Assembly (NCBI GenBank): GCA_002269645.1
Contig: NIVC01001346.1
Location: forward strand, 62,001-126,000
From: Macrostomum lignano
Taxonomy: Eukaryota
Direction of reading: 5' to 3'
Length of the DNA stretch: 64,000 bases
How positions within the stretch are numbered: the first letter of the stretch is position 1; the number at the start of each line of letters is the position of its first letter. A program made the translations under genes and the position numbers. Shown piece by piece: positions 23,555-36,810 of the stretch. The notes beneath the pieces are model-generated. The model made no database searches, was not told the DNA's origin, and saw only the letters and a program-made list of their open reading frames with translations.

Positions 23555-26235
23555 TCTTCCAGTGGATAGCTAGATAAACTCTCAGGGGATAGCTTGATAA
23601 ACTCTCAGGGGATAGCTAGATAAACTCTCAGGGGATAGCTAGATAAACTCTCAGGGGATAGCTAGATAAACTATCAGGGGATAGCTAGATAAACTATCAG
23701 GGGATAGCTTGATAAACTCTCAGGGGATAGCTAGATAAGCTCTCAGGGGATAGCTTGATAAACTCTCAGGGGATAGCTAGATAAACTCTCAGGGGATAGC
23801 TAGATAAACTCTCAGGGGATAGCTAGATAAGCTCGCTGTGGATAGCTAGATAAACTCTCTGTGGATAGCTAGATAAACTCTCAGGGGATAGCTAGATAAA
23901 CTCTCAAGGGATAGCTAGATAAACTCTCAGGGGATAGCTAGATAAACTCTCAGGGGATAGCTAGATAAACTCTCAGGGGATAGCTAGATAAGCTCGCTGT
24001 GGATAGCTAGATAAACTCTCTGTGGATAGCTAGATAAACTCTCAGGGGATAGCTAGATAAACTCTCAAGGGATAGCTAGATAAACTCTCAGGGATAGCTA
24101 GATAAACTCTCAGGGGATAGCTAGATAAGCTCTCTGTGGATAGATAGACAAACTCTCTGTGGATAGCTAGATAAACTCTCAGGGGATAGCTTGATAAACT
24201 CTCAGGGGATAGCTAGATAAACTCTCTGTGGATAGCTACACAAACTTCCAATGGATAGCTACACAAACTTCCATTGGATAGCTACACAAAATTCCAATGG
24301 ATAGCTACACAAACTTCCATTGGATAGCTTCACAAACTTCCATTGGATAGCTACACAAACTTCCAATGGATAGCTAGATAAACTTTCAATGGATAGCTAC
24401 ACAAACTTCCAATTCATAGCTACAAAAAGTTCCATTGGATAGCTACACAAACTTCCATTGGATAGCTACACAAACTTCCAATGGATAGCTACATAAACTT
24501 CCAATGGATAGCTAGATAAACTTCCAATGGATAGCTAGATAAACTTTCAATGGATAGCTACACAAACTTCCAATGGATAGCTAGATAAACTTCCAATGGA
24601 TAGCTACACAAACTTCCAATGGATAGCTACATAAACTTCCAATGGATAGCTACACAAACTTCCAATTCATAGCTACAAAAAGTTCCATTGGATAGCTACA
24701 CAAACTTCCATTGGATAGCTACACAAACTTCCAATGGATAGCTACATAAACTTCCAATGGATAGCTTGATAAACTCTCAGGGGATAGCTAGATAAACTCT
24801 CAGGGGATAGCTAGATAAACTCTCAGGGGATAGCTAGATAAGCTCGCTGTGGATAGCTAGATAAACTCTCTGTGGATAGCTAGATAAACTCTCAGGGGAT
24901 AGCTAGATAAACTCTCAAGGGATAGCTAGATAAACTCTCAGGGGATAGCTAGATAAACTCTCAGGGGATAGCTAGATAAACTCTCAGGGGATAGCTAGAT
25001 AAGCTCGCTGTGGATAGCTAGATAAACTCTCTGTGGATAGCTAGATAAACTCTCAGGGGATAGCTAGATAAACTCTCAAGGGATAGCTAGATAAACTCTC
25101 AGGGGATAGCTAGATAAACTCTCAGGGGATAGCTAGATAAGCTCTCTGTGGATAGATAGACAAACTCTCTGTGGATAGCTAGATAAACTCTCAGGGGATA
25201 GCTTGATAAACTCTCAGGGGATAGCTAGATAAACTCTCTGTGGATAGCTACACAAACTTCCAATGGATAGCTACACAAACTTCCATTGGATAGCTACACA
25301 AAATTCCAATGGATAGCTACACAAACTTCCATTGGATAGCTTCACAAACTTCCATTGGATAGCTACACAAACTTCCAATGGATAGCTAGATAAACTTTCA
25401 ATGGATAGCTACACAAACTTCCAATTCATAGCTACAAAAAGTTCCATTGGATAGCTACACAAACTTCCATTGGATAGCTACACAAACTTCCAATGGATAG
25501 CTACATAAACTTCCAATGGATAGCTAGATAAACTTCCAATGGATAGCTAGATAAACTTTCAATGGATAGCTACACAAACTTCCAATGGATAGCTAGATAA
25601 ACTTCCAATGGATAGCTACACAAACTTCCAATGGATAGCTACATAAACTTCCAATGGATAGCTACACAAACTTCCAATTCATAGCTACAAAAAGTTCCAT
25701 TGGATAGCTACACAAACTTCCATTGGATAGCTACACAAACTTCCAATGGATAGCTACATAAACTTCCAATGGATAGCTAGATAAACTTCCAATGGATAGC
25801 TAGATAAACTTTCAATGGATAGCTACACAAACTTCCAATGGATAGCTAGATAAACTTCCAATGGATAGCTAGATAAACTTTCAATGGATAGCTACACAAA
25901 CTTCCAATGGATAGCTACACAAACTTCCAATGGATAGCTACACAAACTTCCAATGGATAGCTACACAAACTTCCAATGGATAGCTACACAAACTTCCAAT
26001 GGATAGCTACACAAACTTCCAATGGATAGCTACACAAACTTCCAATGGATAGCTAGATAAACTTCCAATGGATAGCTAGATAAACTTTCAATGGATAGCT
26101 ACACAAACTTCCAATGGATAGCTAGATAAACTTCCAATGGATAGCTAGATAAACTTTCAATGGATAGCTACACAAATTTCCAACGGATAGCTACACAAAC
26201 TTCCAATGGATAGCTACATAAACTTCCAACGGATA
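23555..26235. repeat. 23-bp satellite with two subfamilies and a 1012-bp higher-order duplication
   Basis: Units GGATAGCTAGATAAACTCTCAGG and GGATAGCTACACAAACTTCCAAT; variant aattcatagc recurs at 24411 and 25423. Confidence 0.95.
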
Positions 26236-26372
26236 GGAATCCAAATTTTCAACTCAACTTTGGACACACTAAACATTAAAATTAACTAAAAGCCTGTCTG
26301 TATCCCTAAACTTTGAATTTACGCTCTTAAAAAATTGAAGTTTCAATGGAATTTAATCTTTTGTTCTTACAG

Positions 26373-26435
26373 ATTAAAACTATGGAGGACATGGAGCACC
26401 CAGCTAACTCTCGCCATAACTATATTAATGACTGA
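26373..26435 (+). CDS. Putative terminal exon (IKTMEDMEHPANSRHNYIND*)
   Basis: Strong acceptor tttaatcttttgttcttacag|ATT; phase 0 matches the 23261 donor. Confidence 0.35.
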   Translation: MKTMEDMEHPANSRHNYIND

Positions 26436-26762
26436 CATGTTCGCAGGCTCACGCTCATCATCAAATAGTAATAGCCACTAACTTGAAGCAATGAGAAAGA
26501 AGCGAGATTTTTGAGACGAGCAACTCAAAAAACTACACGGCTAAGAGAGCTCATTTCTTCATCTAAAAAATAGTCTGCTTCTCAACATAGCCGCTAGCTT
26601 AATGCGGTAGACAGAGAGAAAGTTAAGATTTGTGCACACAATGGAGAGGGAGCGGGGGAGAAGTTTAACAGACGTCAAACAACATGTCTGTTGGTTTAGA
26701 AAAGCCGGCTTGATAGAATCAGGAAAAGCAGCAGCACACAGACGCGCACACGCATACGAGCC

Positions 26763-26795
26763 TATATAGAAATGCTCAGGCAGACAGGTGCAGTG
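26763..26795 (+). promoter_or_regulatory. Candidate TATA box plus initiator for the 26821 gene
   Basis: TATATAGA at 26763 and an Inr-like GCAGT about 29 bp downstream, about 30 nt before the ATG. Confidence 0.35.
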
Positions 26796-26820
26796 AGAAC
26801 AAGCCGGTGAGGCGAGCAGA

Positions 26821-27539
26821 ATGGATTACCAGATTCCTCAGCACTACTATGCAGCACAGCTACAGCAGCAGCAGCAGCCGCAGGTGGTCCTAGTCCAGGC
26901 TCCAGACGGCGCCGCATCAGTCAGCGGCCCTGCGGCCAGCTCGCTGGACAAGTACCATTTCTACAACGATCCCGTGATCAGCCGGTGGCGCCAGAGAGCC
27001 AGCGGGTCGGCAGCTTCATCGCCCGCCGGGACGCCGAGGAAGCAGCAACAGCAGCAGCAGCGGCAGCAGCCTCAGCAGCAGCCCCGGCAGCAGCCGGTGT
27101 CGATTCTCAAACAGCCTGGCGGCCCGAAGTCTGTCCGGTTCAGCCTGGACGAAGGACAGCCGATTGAAGCCGGGCCGAGCCAGCTGGCGCCGCGGCTCAA
27201 TCGGCGACAGACTCGAGACGCTATCAGCGCGGAGGAGGTGGCCGCGGCCGCGGTCGCCTATCAGCGAGGCCAGGCGCAGCAATCCACCTTCGTGATTGAC
27301 GACGACCCGGCTTCTTCTGTAGAGCCACCTGTTCAGCGTCAGCCGCCAACTTCGCCTCCGGAAATCATTGTCCAGGACGAGAATGAGGCCGTGTTCTACA
27401 AGGAGTTCGGCGGCGTCGGCGGAGGCCGCGATCTCCGACCAGCGCCAACTCCAAGACGGCCGCGCCAGAGCGCACCCAAGGAGCGGGGCCGGTTCGAGGC
27501 GGTGGCCGACGATTCGGATGAAGATCGGGAAGCTGATAG
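26821..27539 (+). CDS. Gln/Pro-rich disordered protein with SILK and RVxF motifs, exon 1
   Basis: ORF 26821..27543, GC-rich; contains VSILKQPGGPKSVRFSLDE; donor GATAG|gtgatt (phase 2) just before the in-frame stop. Confidence 0.8.
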
Positions 27540-27628
27540 GTGATTATTGAGCACCACTGTGCTGATTTTTAGCTTGTGAAATTTTTAGCACCTGAGCAAA
27601 GAATAATTGGACAATTTTCTCTTCTCAG

Positions 27629-27713
27629 GTACCACAGTGGCAGCCCGCGCAAGAGCAACGGGCGCGAGGAGGCTTCAAAGACTGGCAGTTCGAGGGCTTG
27701 CACGATACTGTGA
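27629..27713 (+). CDS. Exon 2 of the same gene, ending in CaaX (RYHSGSPRKSNGREEASKTGSSRACTIL*)
   Basis: Acceptor ttttctcttctcag|G after an 89-nt intron, phase 2; gives a 267-aa protein ending CTIL. Confidence 0.75.
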
Positions 27714-27719
27714 CTGGCC

Positions 27720-28350
27720 CTGACACAAGCTGTCACAAGCTGACACAAGCTGATGCAAGCTGACACAATCTGACACAAGCTGACACAAACTGAAACAAGC
27801 TGACACAAGCTGACTTAAGCTGATACAAGCTGACATAATCTGACACAATCTGACACAAGCTGACACAAACTGACACAAACTGACACAAGTTAAACAAACT
27901 AATACACAATCTCACAAAAGTTATACAATCTGGCACAAATGACACTAAAAACATAAGCTGACAAAATCTGACAATCGGAACAAAAAATGACACAAATGAT
28001 GCATCTGATACTAGATGACAAAATTCACAAGCTGAAACAAGCTGACTTAAGCTGATACAAACTGACACAATTAAACTGACACAATTTGACAAAATCTGAC
28101 AAAATCTGACACAATCTGATACAAACTGACACAATCTGATACTAACTGACACAAACTGAAACAAGCTGACACAATCTTGACACAGGCTGACACAATTGTC
28201 CCAATTACTGACACAAAGGGCACAATATGACACAAATTTCACGATTCCCCCTGTCATAACTGACACAACTCATGACACAATCTAACACAAAATACACTTA
28301 AATTTGACTTAAGCTGACACAAATGATACAAATGAGACAAGCCTATACAA
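27720..28350. repeat. 10-bp repeat (CTGACACAAG/A)n starting a few bases after the CaaX gene stop
   Basis: Direct inspection. Confidence 0.9.
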
Positions 28351-28682
28351 ATCATATAACCAGCAATATTCTGTAACAAAAAATCTATCATTTTACAGTA
28401 GATTACCTGACCAGTAGAAGCACATGATATTTTTTATTTACCTCTTGCTTCCATAATGTACAGATTTTATTATCCGTTTGCCGTCTAAAATATAAGTTCA
28501 AATACGGCTAACTTTTGAACGCGTATCTTTGCTTGTCTACTTGTCAGTAGCGATGCCAGCTTTTTACTGCTAAATGCTTCTGGAAATACAATATTTATTT
28601 GCGTACTTTACACTTTTCACTTTCAATGAAACATTAGTCTAAGAGTATAATTTATCTGGCTATTCAACTTTTTATCTGGCTA

Positions 28683-29155
<473 letters not shown>

Positions 29156-29498
29156 TCACAGCATCTTTCTATCTCTCCATACCCCTATCTCAGGCAGCTC
29201 TTCTTTACTTATGGCAGCTCAGAGTGGGGTGAAATCGAGTTTACAATGGACAGCAGAGCAAAACGCAGAGTAGGGCTCCGAAATGTGCAAGTACTGTTTT
29301 CTGTCACCCAGCTGCATTGAGCTGTACTGGCAGTGGACTGTCTGTTCTTACCCTCTTTATATACACAAAAACCCAGCACTTAGCTGTGCTCATAATGTCA
29401 TGCACCTTTTGCTATTAATATAAGTAGCGTTTTCTATGAAGATTTCAAAAGTAGGCCCGAGATGCGCTGCCTGTGTCTGCTTTTGTGAAGCATCATAG

Positions 29499-29684
29499 GC
29501 GGCCCAGCATGGACTTCTACAAGCCGGAATTTTCCAGCGCAGAGTTGGCGGCCAGCCTGACTCGCCATCTGCTGCTTGGCGACAGTCCGGCAAGTTCGAG
29601 CGATTGCTATGCCGTTGCTATGGTGTCCGCGGCGCTACCTGTGGCTGAGTTTGAGGCTGCTGAGTATCCTGCAGCCGCTGAGTG
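29499..29684 (+). CDS. Putative exon (MDFYKPEFSSAELAASLTRHLLLG...AAAEW), possibly a 5' exon of the FAM217-like gene
   Basis: catag| acceptor, ATG at 29509 in good context, donor GAGTG|gtgagg; only one plus frame spans it. Confidence 0.3.
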
Positions 29685-29721
29685 GTGAGGGTTCTTGGTG
29701 ATTTGTTCCTGAAGCTATGGG

Positions 29722-30325
29722 CTGGGATTTAGTAGCTATGAGCTGGCATTTAGTAGCTGTGAGCTGGGATTTAGTAGCTATGGGCTGGCATTTAGTAGCT
29801 ATGAGCTGGCATTTAGTAGCTATGAGCTGGAATTTAGTAGCTATGAGCTGGCATTTTTAGCTATGAGCTGGCATTTAGTAGTAATGAGCTGGCATTTAGT
29901 AGCTATGAGCTGGCTTTGAGTAGCTATGAGCTGGCTTTGAGTAGCTATGAGCTGGCTTTGAGTAGCTATGAGCTGGCATTTAGTAGCTATGAGCTGGCAT
30001 TTAGTAGTAATGAGCTGGCTTTGAGTAGCTATGAGCTGGCTTTGAGTAGCTATGAGCTGGCTTTGAGTAGCTATGAGCTGGCTTTGAGTAGCTATGAGCT
30101 GGCTTTGAGTAGCTATGAGCTAGCTTTGAGTAGCTATGAGCTGGCATTTAGTAGTTATGAGCTGGCATTTAGTAGCTATGAGCTGGCTTTGAGTAGCTAT
30201 GAGCTGGCTTTGAGTAGCTATGAGCTGGCATTTAGTAGCTATGAGCTGGCATTTAGTAGCTATGAGCTGGCTTTGAGTAGCTATGAGCTGGCTTTGAGTA
30301 GCTATGAGCTGGAATTTAATAGCTA
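29722..30325. repeat. 21-bp minisatellite (TTTAGTAGCTATGAGCTGGCA)n
   Basis: Direct inspection. Confidence 0.95.
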
Positions 30326-30909
30326 TTACTCCCATGAGCTGGGATTTACTAGCTCTTTACTATTTGCTATTTGCTGCATACTACTGATTGAGTAGTTAAA
30401 TAGTTTTAATACGTTTTAATTACTCCAGATCAAAAGTTTTCTAAAAATATTTATTTAATACGCCTAAAAGTTCAAGTAACAATCGATCAAATCAAAACGT
30501 CAAAAGAGGGCCTATGCTGTAATAACTTTTCAAAACTTTAGAGCAGTATACTCAAAAGTTGCATTAAGCAAAGTACCAATCAATACGTTCCTCAGTTTGA
30601 ATCGATTGTTGACTCCAAACTCGGCAAACTCTTAGAAGCCTCAGTTGCAGATGCATTTAAATACATATTTAAATATTTTGCAGCTTTGGGTTGGCAGGAG
30701 GCAATTCTGTTGAAGTGGCCAAAAGTGAAGTGTAAAACTGAAGCAATAGCTACCTAGCTACTATAGAGATAGTCTGGGTCTGTGCCCAGCCATGGACTTC
30801 TAGACATAGCACCTGTGGACTGGAAACTTGAATAAAACAACCTCCCCATTTGGAGGCCAATAGACAGCTCATATTGTATTTTGAATTTTTTGCCTGGGAT
30901 GCAACACTA

Positions 30910-31152
30910 TTTACACAAGCGTTACATCCAATTTACACTAAGCATTACATCATATTTACACTAAGCATTACATCCAATTTACACTAAGCATTACATCCAA
31001 TTTACACTAAGCATTACATCCTATTTACACTAAGCATTACATACAATTTACACTAAGCATTACATCCAATTTACACTAAGCATTACATCCTATTTACGCT
31101 AAGCATTACATCCAATTTACACTAAGCATTACATCCAATTTACGCTAAGCAT
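30910..31152. repeat. 23-bp minisatellite (ATTTACACTAAGCATTACATCCA)n
   Basis: Direct inspection. Confidence 0.95.
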
Positions 31153-32322
31153 CTTAAGAAACTCCTAAATAACGTTAAAACGGTAAAACAAATCGGAACA
31201 ATCAAAGACCTATTTCGAAGTCTATTCAAATTTAAGGAAGACTAAGGACCCAAAACTAAAACCTTCAAGGTGCTTGTTTTGATCCCTTTTTACCGTTTTC
31301 AAGTAATTTGATTTCGCTAAGGCGCTACCAAAGTTGAGGCCGTGCCTTATTCCGGCTTCCAGTCCACCGGGTGCTATTTCTAGAAGTCCCTGTGACCCAG
31401 CCCCGCGATCAGTCCTGCCCGGGTCGATGAGCGCTTCAGTGTCGAGAGCGAAAGAAGGGCAGACAGCACGAGAAGGGCTTTGAGAGGCCATGCGGGAGTG
31501 CGCTTCCCTCCTCTCTGAACTTCCGCCACACTGCTTCACAATGCAAGCAGTTTGGGATTTCTGACTGCGCCACTGGAGACAGAGGCTGGGGATCTTTTTG
31601 GAGACGAGACAGAAGTTGAGAGACCTTGGATGGCATGGAAGAGCAGGGGGCAGCTTCTTAGGCCAAGCCCAAGCTCCATAGCAACGCCTTGACGATGGCG
31701 GATTGCGCTACATGCCAAGAATCTGATCCACCAAAAGAAAGCACTAAACTAGTAAAAAGGGTAAACATTTTTACTGTAGCGAATTGAATTCTAAGTTCAA
31801 GTTTAAGTTGTAATTTTTCAAGTGGGTAAACGGCAAGAGTAACTATACGTTTATTTTGAGAAATTAATGCATCGTCATCTAATTAGTACTTTAACTAATA
31901 AGAACCCTTGAATTTTAATAACCACACAATGACCGGCGCCCAAAGCTTCTGTTGAAACTTTGTTTGCCTCCTCCTCATCATTACTGTGTCATCAAAGCCT
32001 GAGCGGGTCGGGTGCATCCCAAGGCACCTGGCGGTAATTATGCTAAAATAGGCGGCATTAAAAACTGAGTGAGAGTCGCATCGGCGCTTTAGGAAATGAG
32101 GGCCTCTGACATAGCGGCCTGAGCCTCAGTCTGCATACGCAGAGTAGAATAGAGGAGGAATTCTATAGCTGCCCACCTCCCATGGGAAAGGTAAATGACG
32201 CCAGTTCACAATGGGAGCCAATGGCAGTCCAAAACCCGCCGGGCTCTGTGTGCTAATAAGCAAACCAAGCCACACTGGGAGCCGTTGGGAGGCGCAAGAA
32301 GGGCTTAGCTCGAGATCTCGGG

Positions 32323-32948
32323 ATGCTGGGCTCCATCTTCTGTCGCATCCCCGTGCCCGCCCCGGCGGCGCCAGCGGAAACCGCGTCGTCGAAAACGACG
32401 ACAATTTCGACGGCTCGGCCGCCTCCTCCGCCGAAAATGAGGCAGCGCCGCCGCCGCCCGGAGGCCTCGGTGGCGGCCGCCAGAGTGGAGGAGCTGCTGC
32501 TGTACAGACTGAGCCGCTGCCTTCAATGCAGGTCCTCCGTGCTGCAGGAGCGCGACCTGCTGGCCGAAGCGGCACCTGACGATGAGGACGACGACCGGGC
32601 CGACGAAGCGGAGACCGAGGCCACGCCGCGCCGACTGCAGCGCCGGCCACCGAGGCCGCCGTCGTCATCGTCTGTCAGCCGGCCAGTCGGCCTGTACGGC
32701 TCAGCGAGGGTGCCGGACGTCCGGTTGAGCGGCGACCCGGTAACAGCCTATCGGGAGTCGTTGCGCATCAGCCTGCGCGCCTTCCGGCGCCGCCAATGGC
32801 GTCCTCTGGACGTTGAAGCGCTCGAGGCGGCGCGCGATCCCGAAGACATCAACAGGCGCAGCTGCCGGCTCGGCAGGGGCGGCGGCGACGGTGGCTACTC
32901 GCGGCCGGTGTCAGCTGCCGGTTCAGCCGCGAGATTCCCGGCGCCATC
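32323..32948 (+). CDS. FAM217-like gene, first resolved coding exon (5' boundary uncertain)
   Basis: ORF 32323..32952 ends at a strong donor CCATC|gtgagt (phase 2). Confidence 0.65.
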
Positions 32949-33157
32949 GTGAGTGTCGCCCGGCGGTTAACGCCTTTGACTCCCGAGCCAGAGTAGCCGG
33001 AGTTCGAGTTCGCGCCCATGAGGGCCACTCCTGAAGAAAGCCAGGGCCACTGTACACCCTGCATGAGGATGCAGGCATAGTGGGGCAAATTTATGTCAAT
33101 AATATAGTACATTACAATCTTATAATTTTTATCTTGCGCCAAAAAAAGTCGTCGCAG

Positions 33158-33692
33158 ACCCAAGTCGGTTCCGGCCGAGGCGCTCAAAAGTCGAGCAGCG
33201 TCGAAGGCGGCCGCGGAGGAGGCGGCGGCAGCAGCGGCAAAAGATCCGGAAGATCCTCCACCACCAAGGCCGCTGCGCTTGGAAGACTGCGCGCCCGCCT
33301 TCACGCCGCGGTTCTACGACTGGCAGAGCGGCGGCAATGACGACGGGGACAACGCGACGGCGACGACGGCCAACGGCGTCAGCAGCAGCGACGGCGATGA
33401 CAGCGACGCCGCGGACGACAATGACGTCGACAATGAGGAGAAATCGTCGCCAAAACGCACCACCGCCGCTGCCGCCGCCGCTACCGCCGCCGCTGCCGAT
33501 TCCGGTGCCGATGCCCACCGGCAGCGACGTCGCCGATTTCGGGCGCCGGATTTGAACCTGCCGCCGGAGCGGGAGCCGCAGTTCCTGCTGGCCAGCAGCT
33601 GCTTGGAGCCGGATAAATTTGAATTCTCCGCGAAACTGGTTCTGGATTTGCCGAGATTCGAGTTCGGGACAGCGTTGCCCGATCCGTTTTCG
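33158..33692 (+). CDS. FAM217-like gene exon (...LEDCAPAFTPRFYDW...PDLNLPPE...ALPDPFS)
   Basis: Acceptor gtcgcag|A (phase 2), donor TCG|gtgagc (phase 0); in frame with ORF 33279..33707. Confidence 0.8.
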
Positions 33693-33719
33693 GTGAGCCG
33701 TGTCTGAAGGTCACAACCC

Positions 33720-35100
33720 CCATTCCACATCCCTCATCCCCCACCACCACCCTGTCCCTCATAATCCAGCATCTCAAATTTAACACTCTTAAATCCAACA
33801 TCCCACATTCCTCTCATACAGCTTCCCACATCCGATATCCGGCATCCCGAATCACGCATCTCACATCCCTGAGTGAGCATTTGATATTTAACATCCTAAA
33901 TCCCCCATCCCTCATAACTCATCCACCATTCTTCATCCCTCATCATCCATCCTTCATCCCCCATCGTTTAATCCCCCATCCCCCATCCCCCATCCTTCAT
34001 CTCCCATCCTTCATCCCTATCCTTCATCCCCAATCCTTCATCTTCCATCCTTCATCCCCCATCCTTCATCTCCCATCCTTCATCCCCCATCCTTCATCCC
34101 CCACCCTTCATCTCTCATCCTTCATCCCCAATCCTTCATCTTCCATCCTTCATCCCCCATCCTTCATCCCCAATCCTTCACCTTCCATCCTTCATCCCCA
34201 TCCTTTATCCCCCATCCTTCATCTTCCATCCTTCATCCTCATCCTTCATCCCCATCCTTCATCTTCCATCTTTCATCCCCATCCTTCATCCCCATCCTTC
34301 ATCTTTCATCTTTCATCCCCATCCTTCATCCCCAATCCTTCATCCCCCATCCTTCATCCCCATCCATCATCCCCCATCCTTCATCCCCAATCCATCATCT
34401 TCCATCCTTCATCCCCCATCCTTCATCTTCCATCTTTCATCCCTATCCTTCATCCCCCATCCTTCATCCCCAATCCTTCACCTTCCATCCTTCATCCCCG
34501 TCCTTCATCCCCATCCTTCATCCCCAATCCTTCATCTTCCATCCTTTATCCCCCATCCTTCATCCCCCATCCTTCATCCCCCATCCTTCATCCCCAATCC
34601 TCATCCCCCATCCTTCATCCCCATCCTTCATCCCCATCCTTCATCCCCATCCTTCATCTTCCATCCTTTATCCCCCATCCTTCATCTCCCATCCTTCATC
34701 CCCAATCCTTCATCTCCCATCCTTCATCCCCATCCTTCATCCCCAATCCTTCGCCTTCCGTCCTTCATCCCCCATCCTTCATCCCCCATCCTTCATCCCC
34801 AATCCTTCATCCCCATCCTTCATCCCCCATCCTTCATCCCCATCCTTCATCCCCCATCCTTCATCCCCAATCCTTCATCCCCCATCCTTCATCCCCATCC
34901 TTCATCCCCATCCTTCATCCCCCATCCTTCATCCCCAATCCTTCATCCCCAATCCTTCACCTTCCATCCTTCATCTCTCACCCCCCTTTCCTCATCCTCA
35001 TCCCCCTTCCCATATCCCCCATCTCATCCCCCAACCCACTTCCCACATTCTCCATCTCATATTGAATATATCGCACATTATATCCCCATCCCACATCCCC
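33720..35100. repeat. Degenerate (CATCCC/CATCCTT)n low-complexity array filling an intron
   Basis: Direct inspection. Confidence 0.9.
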
Positions 35101-35134
35101 AAATCTCTATTCTCCCCTCGAAAACAATTCCCAG

Positions 35135-35419
35135 AACGCTTCGTTTCGCTCGCTGGCCGAGTGCGAAAACGGCTGGCGCAGCGTCTTCCCCGAGGCCCTG
35201 GCCGAGTCCGAGCCGGGACTGGCCGGCCTCATGGACCGCCTGATCGCCATGGAGCGGCTGCAGCTGCACACCGTCCGGATGGAGGCGGCCCGCTTTGGCG
35301 CAGCTGGCAGTGCGGCATTGGCGACTAGGCGAGCAACGTCGGCGTCAGTCGCGGGTTCGAGTCCCGCTACAGGCGGCGGCCGATTAAGAAGTCAAAACTG
35401 CTGCCGGGGCTGCCTTCAG
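35135..35419 (+). CDS. FAM217-like gene exon (NASFRSLA...GLAGLMDRLIAMERLQLHTVRME...NCCRGCLQ)
   Basis: Acceptor ttcccag|AAC, donor CAG|gttggc, both phase 0, 285 nt; resembles the FAM217 core IDRLxxLEWLQxxTVxxE as recalled. Confidence 0.8.
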
Positions 35420-35989
35420 GTTGGCGAAATTGGAAGTTTTTCAAGTGGAAGATTTTTTATTATGATGGGGCTGCCTCCTAAGGCGGGCTGCCCTCCCGGT
35501 GTGGTGGGGTTGCCATCCTCGAGTATGATGGGGTTGCCATCCTCGAGTTTGATGGGGTTGCCATCCCGGTAGGAATGAAAGCAGGAAGCCAACTGAAAGC
35601 AGTGTTTGTCAGAAAAATGATCTACAAAAAGCAAACAGAGCAGAAAATCGAATTTCAGTTTTCAGTTTAGTTAGCCAGCGAGCTCATAAAAACTGAAGGA
35701 ATACTCACTGGCTTCTCACGCAGTTGACTCACACAGTTGACACAATCAGCTCTGCAGGTGTCTGTTTGCCTCAAGTCAACACAACGCTGGAAGCGGTGCG
35801 AGTCAGTTTTCCGATGAACATGGCAGGGGATAGCGAGGATCAACTGGACGAGCTACGCTCAAGGACCTCTGTTAGGGAAGCTTTTAAAAGATAAAAGTCA
35901 ACTTTAGAAACAATCATATATGAAATTTCCCATTTTCTGACACAGGGGTCGATGTGCACTTTAAATGATATGAACAAGTTTCAGTCAGT

Positions 35990-36580
<591 letters not shown>

Positions 36581-36810
36581 AAGGTTTCCCATGGCTTATG
36601 AATAGAAAAGGCCACCATTCTTCTTGCCTAGAAGTGCTTACCTCTAAACAATGGGGGTGCCGCTACGTAATAAATCGAGGTATCTAAAACCTTAAGCACA
36701 CCGGCTAGAATGAATTGATAAATCGACCAATTCAAATTAGTTTATTTGCCAATTCAAAAGTTTCCTAGCCTAACCATATTACAATGCAATAATTAATATT
36801 GTGCTCAAAG

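Noticed and set aside
32211-32579. Alternative 122-aa frame overlapping the first FAM217-like exon
   Set aside because: It stops without a usable donor, while the 32323 frame runs to a strong GTGAGT donor. A frameshift error or an acceptor at 32532 cannot be fully excluded
35351-35367. Perfect tRNA T-arm mimic GCGGG-TTCGAGT-CCCGC
   Set aside because: No matching acceptor stem, D-arm or anticodon arm at the expected distances; it lies inside a coding exon
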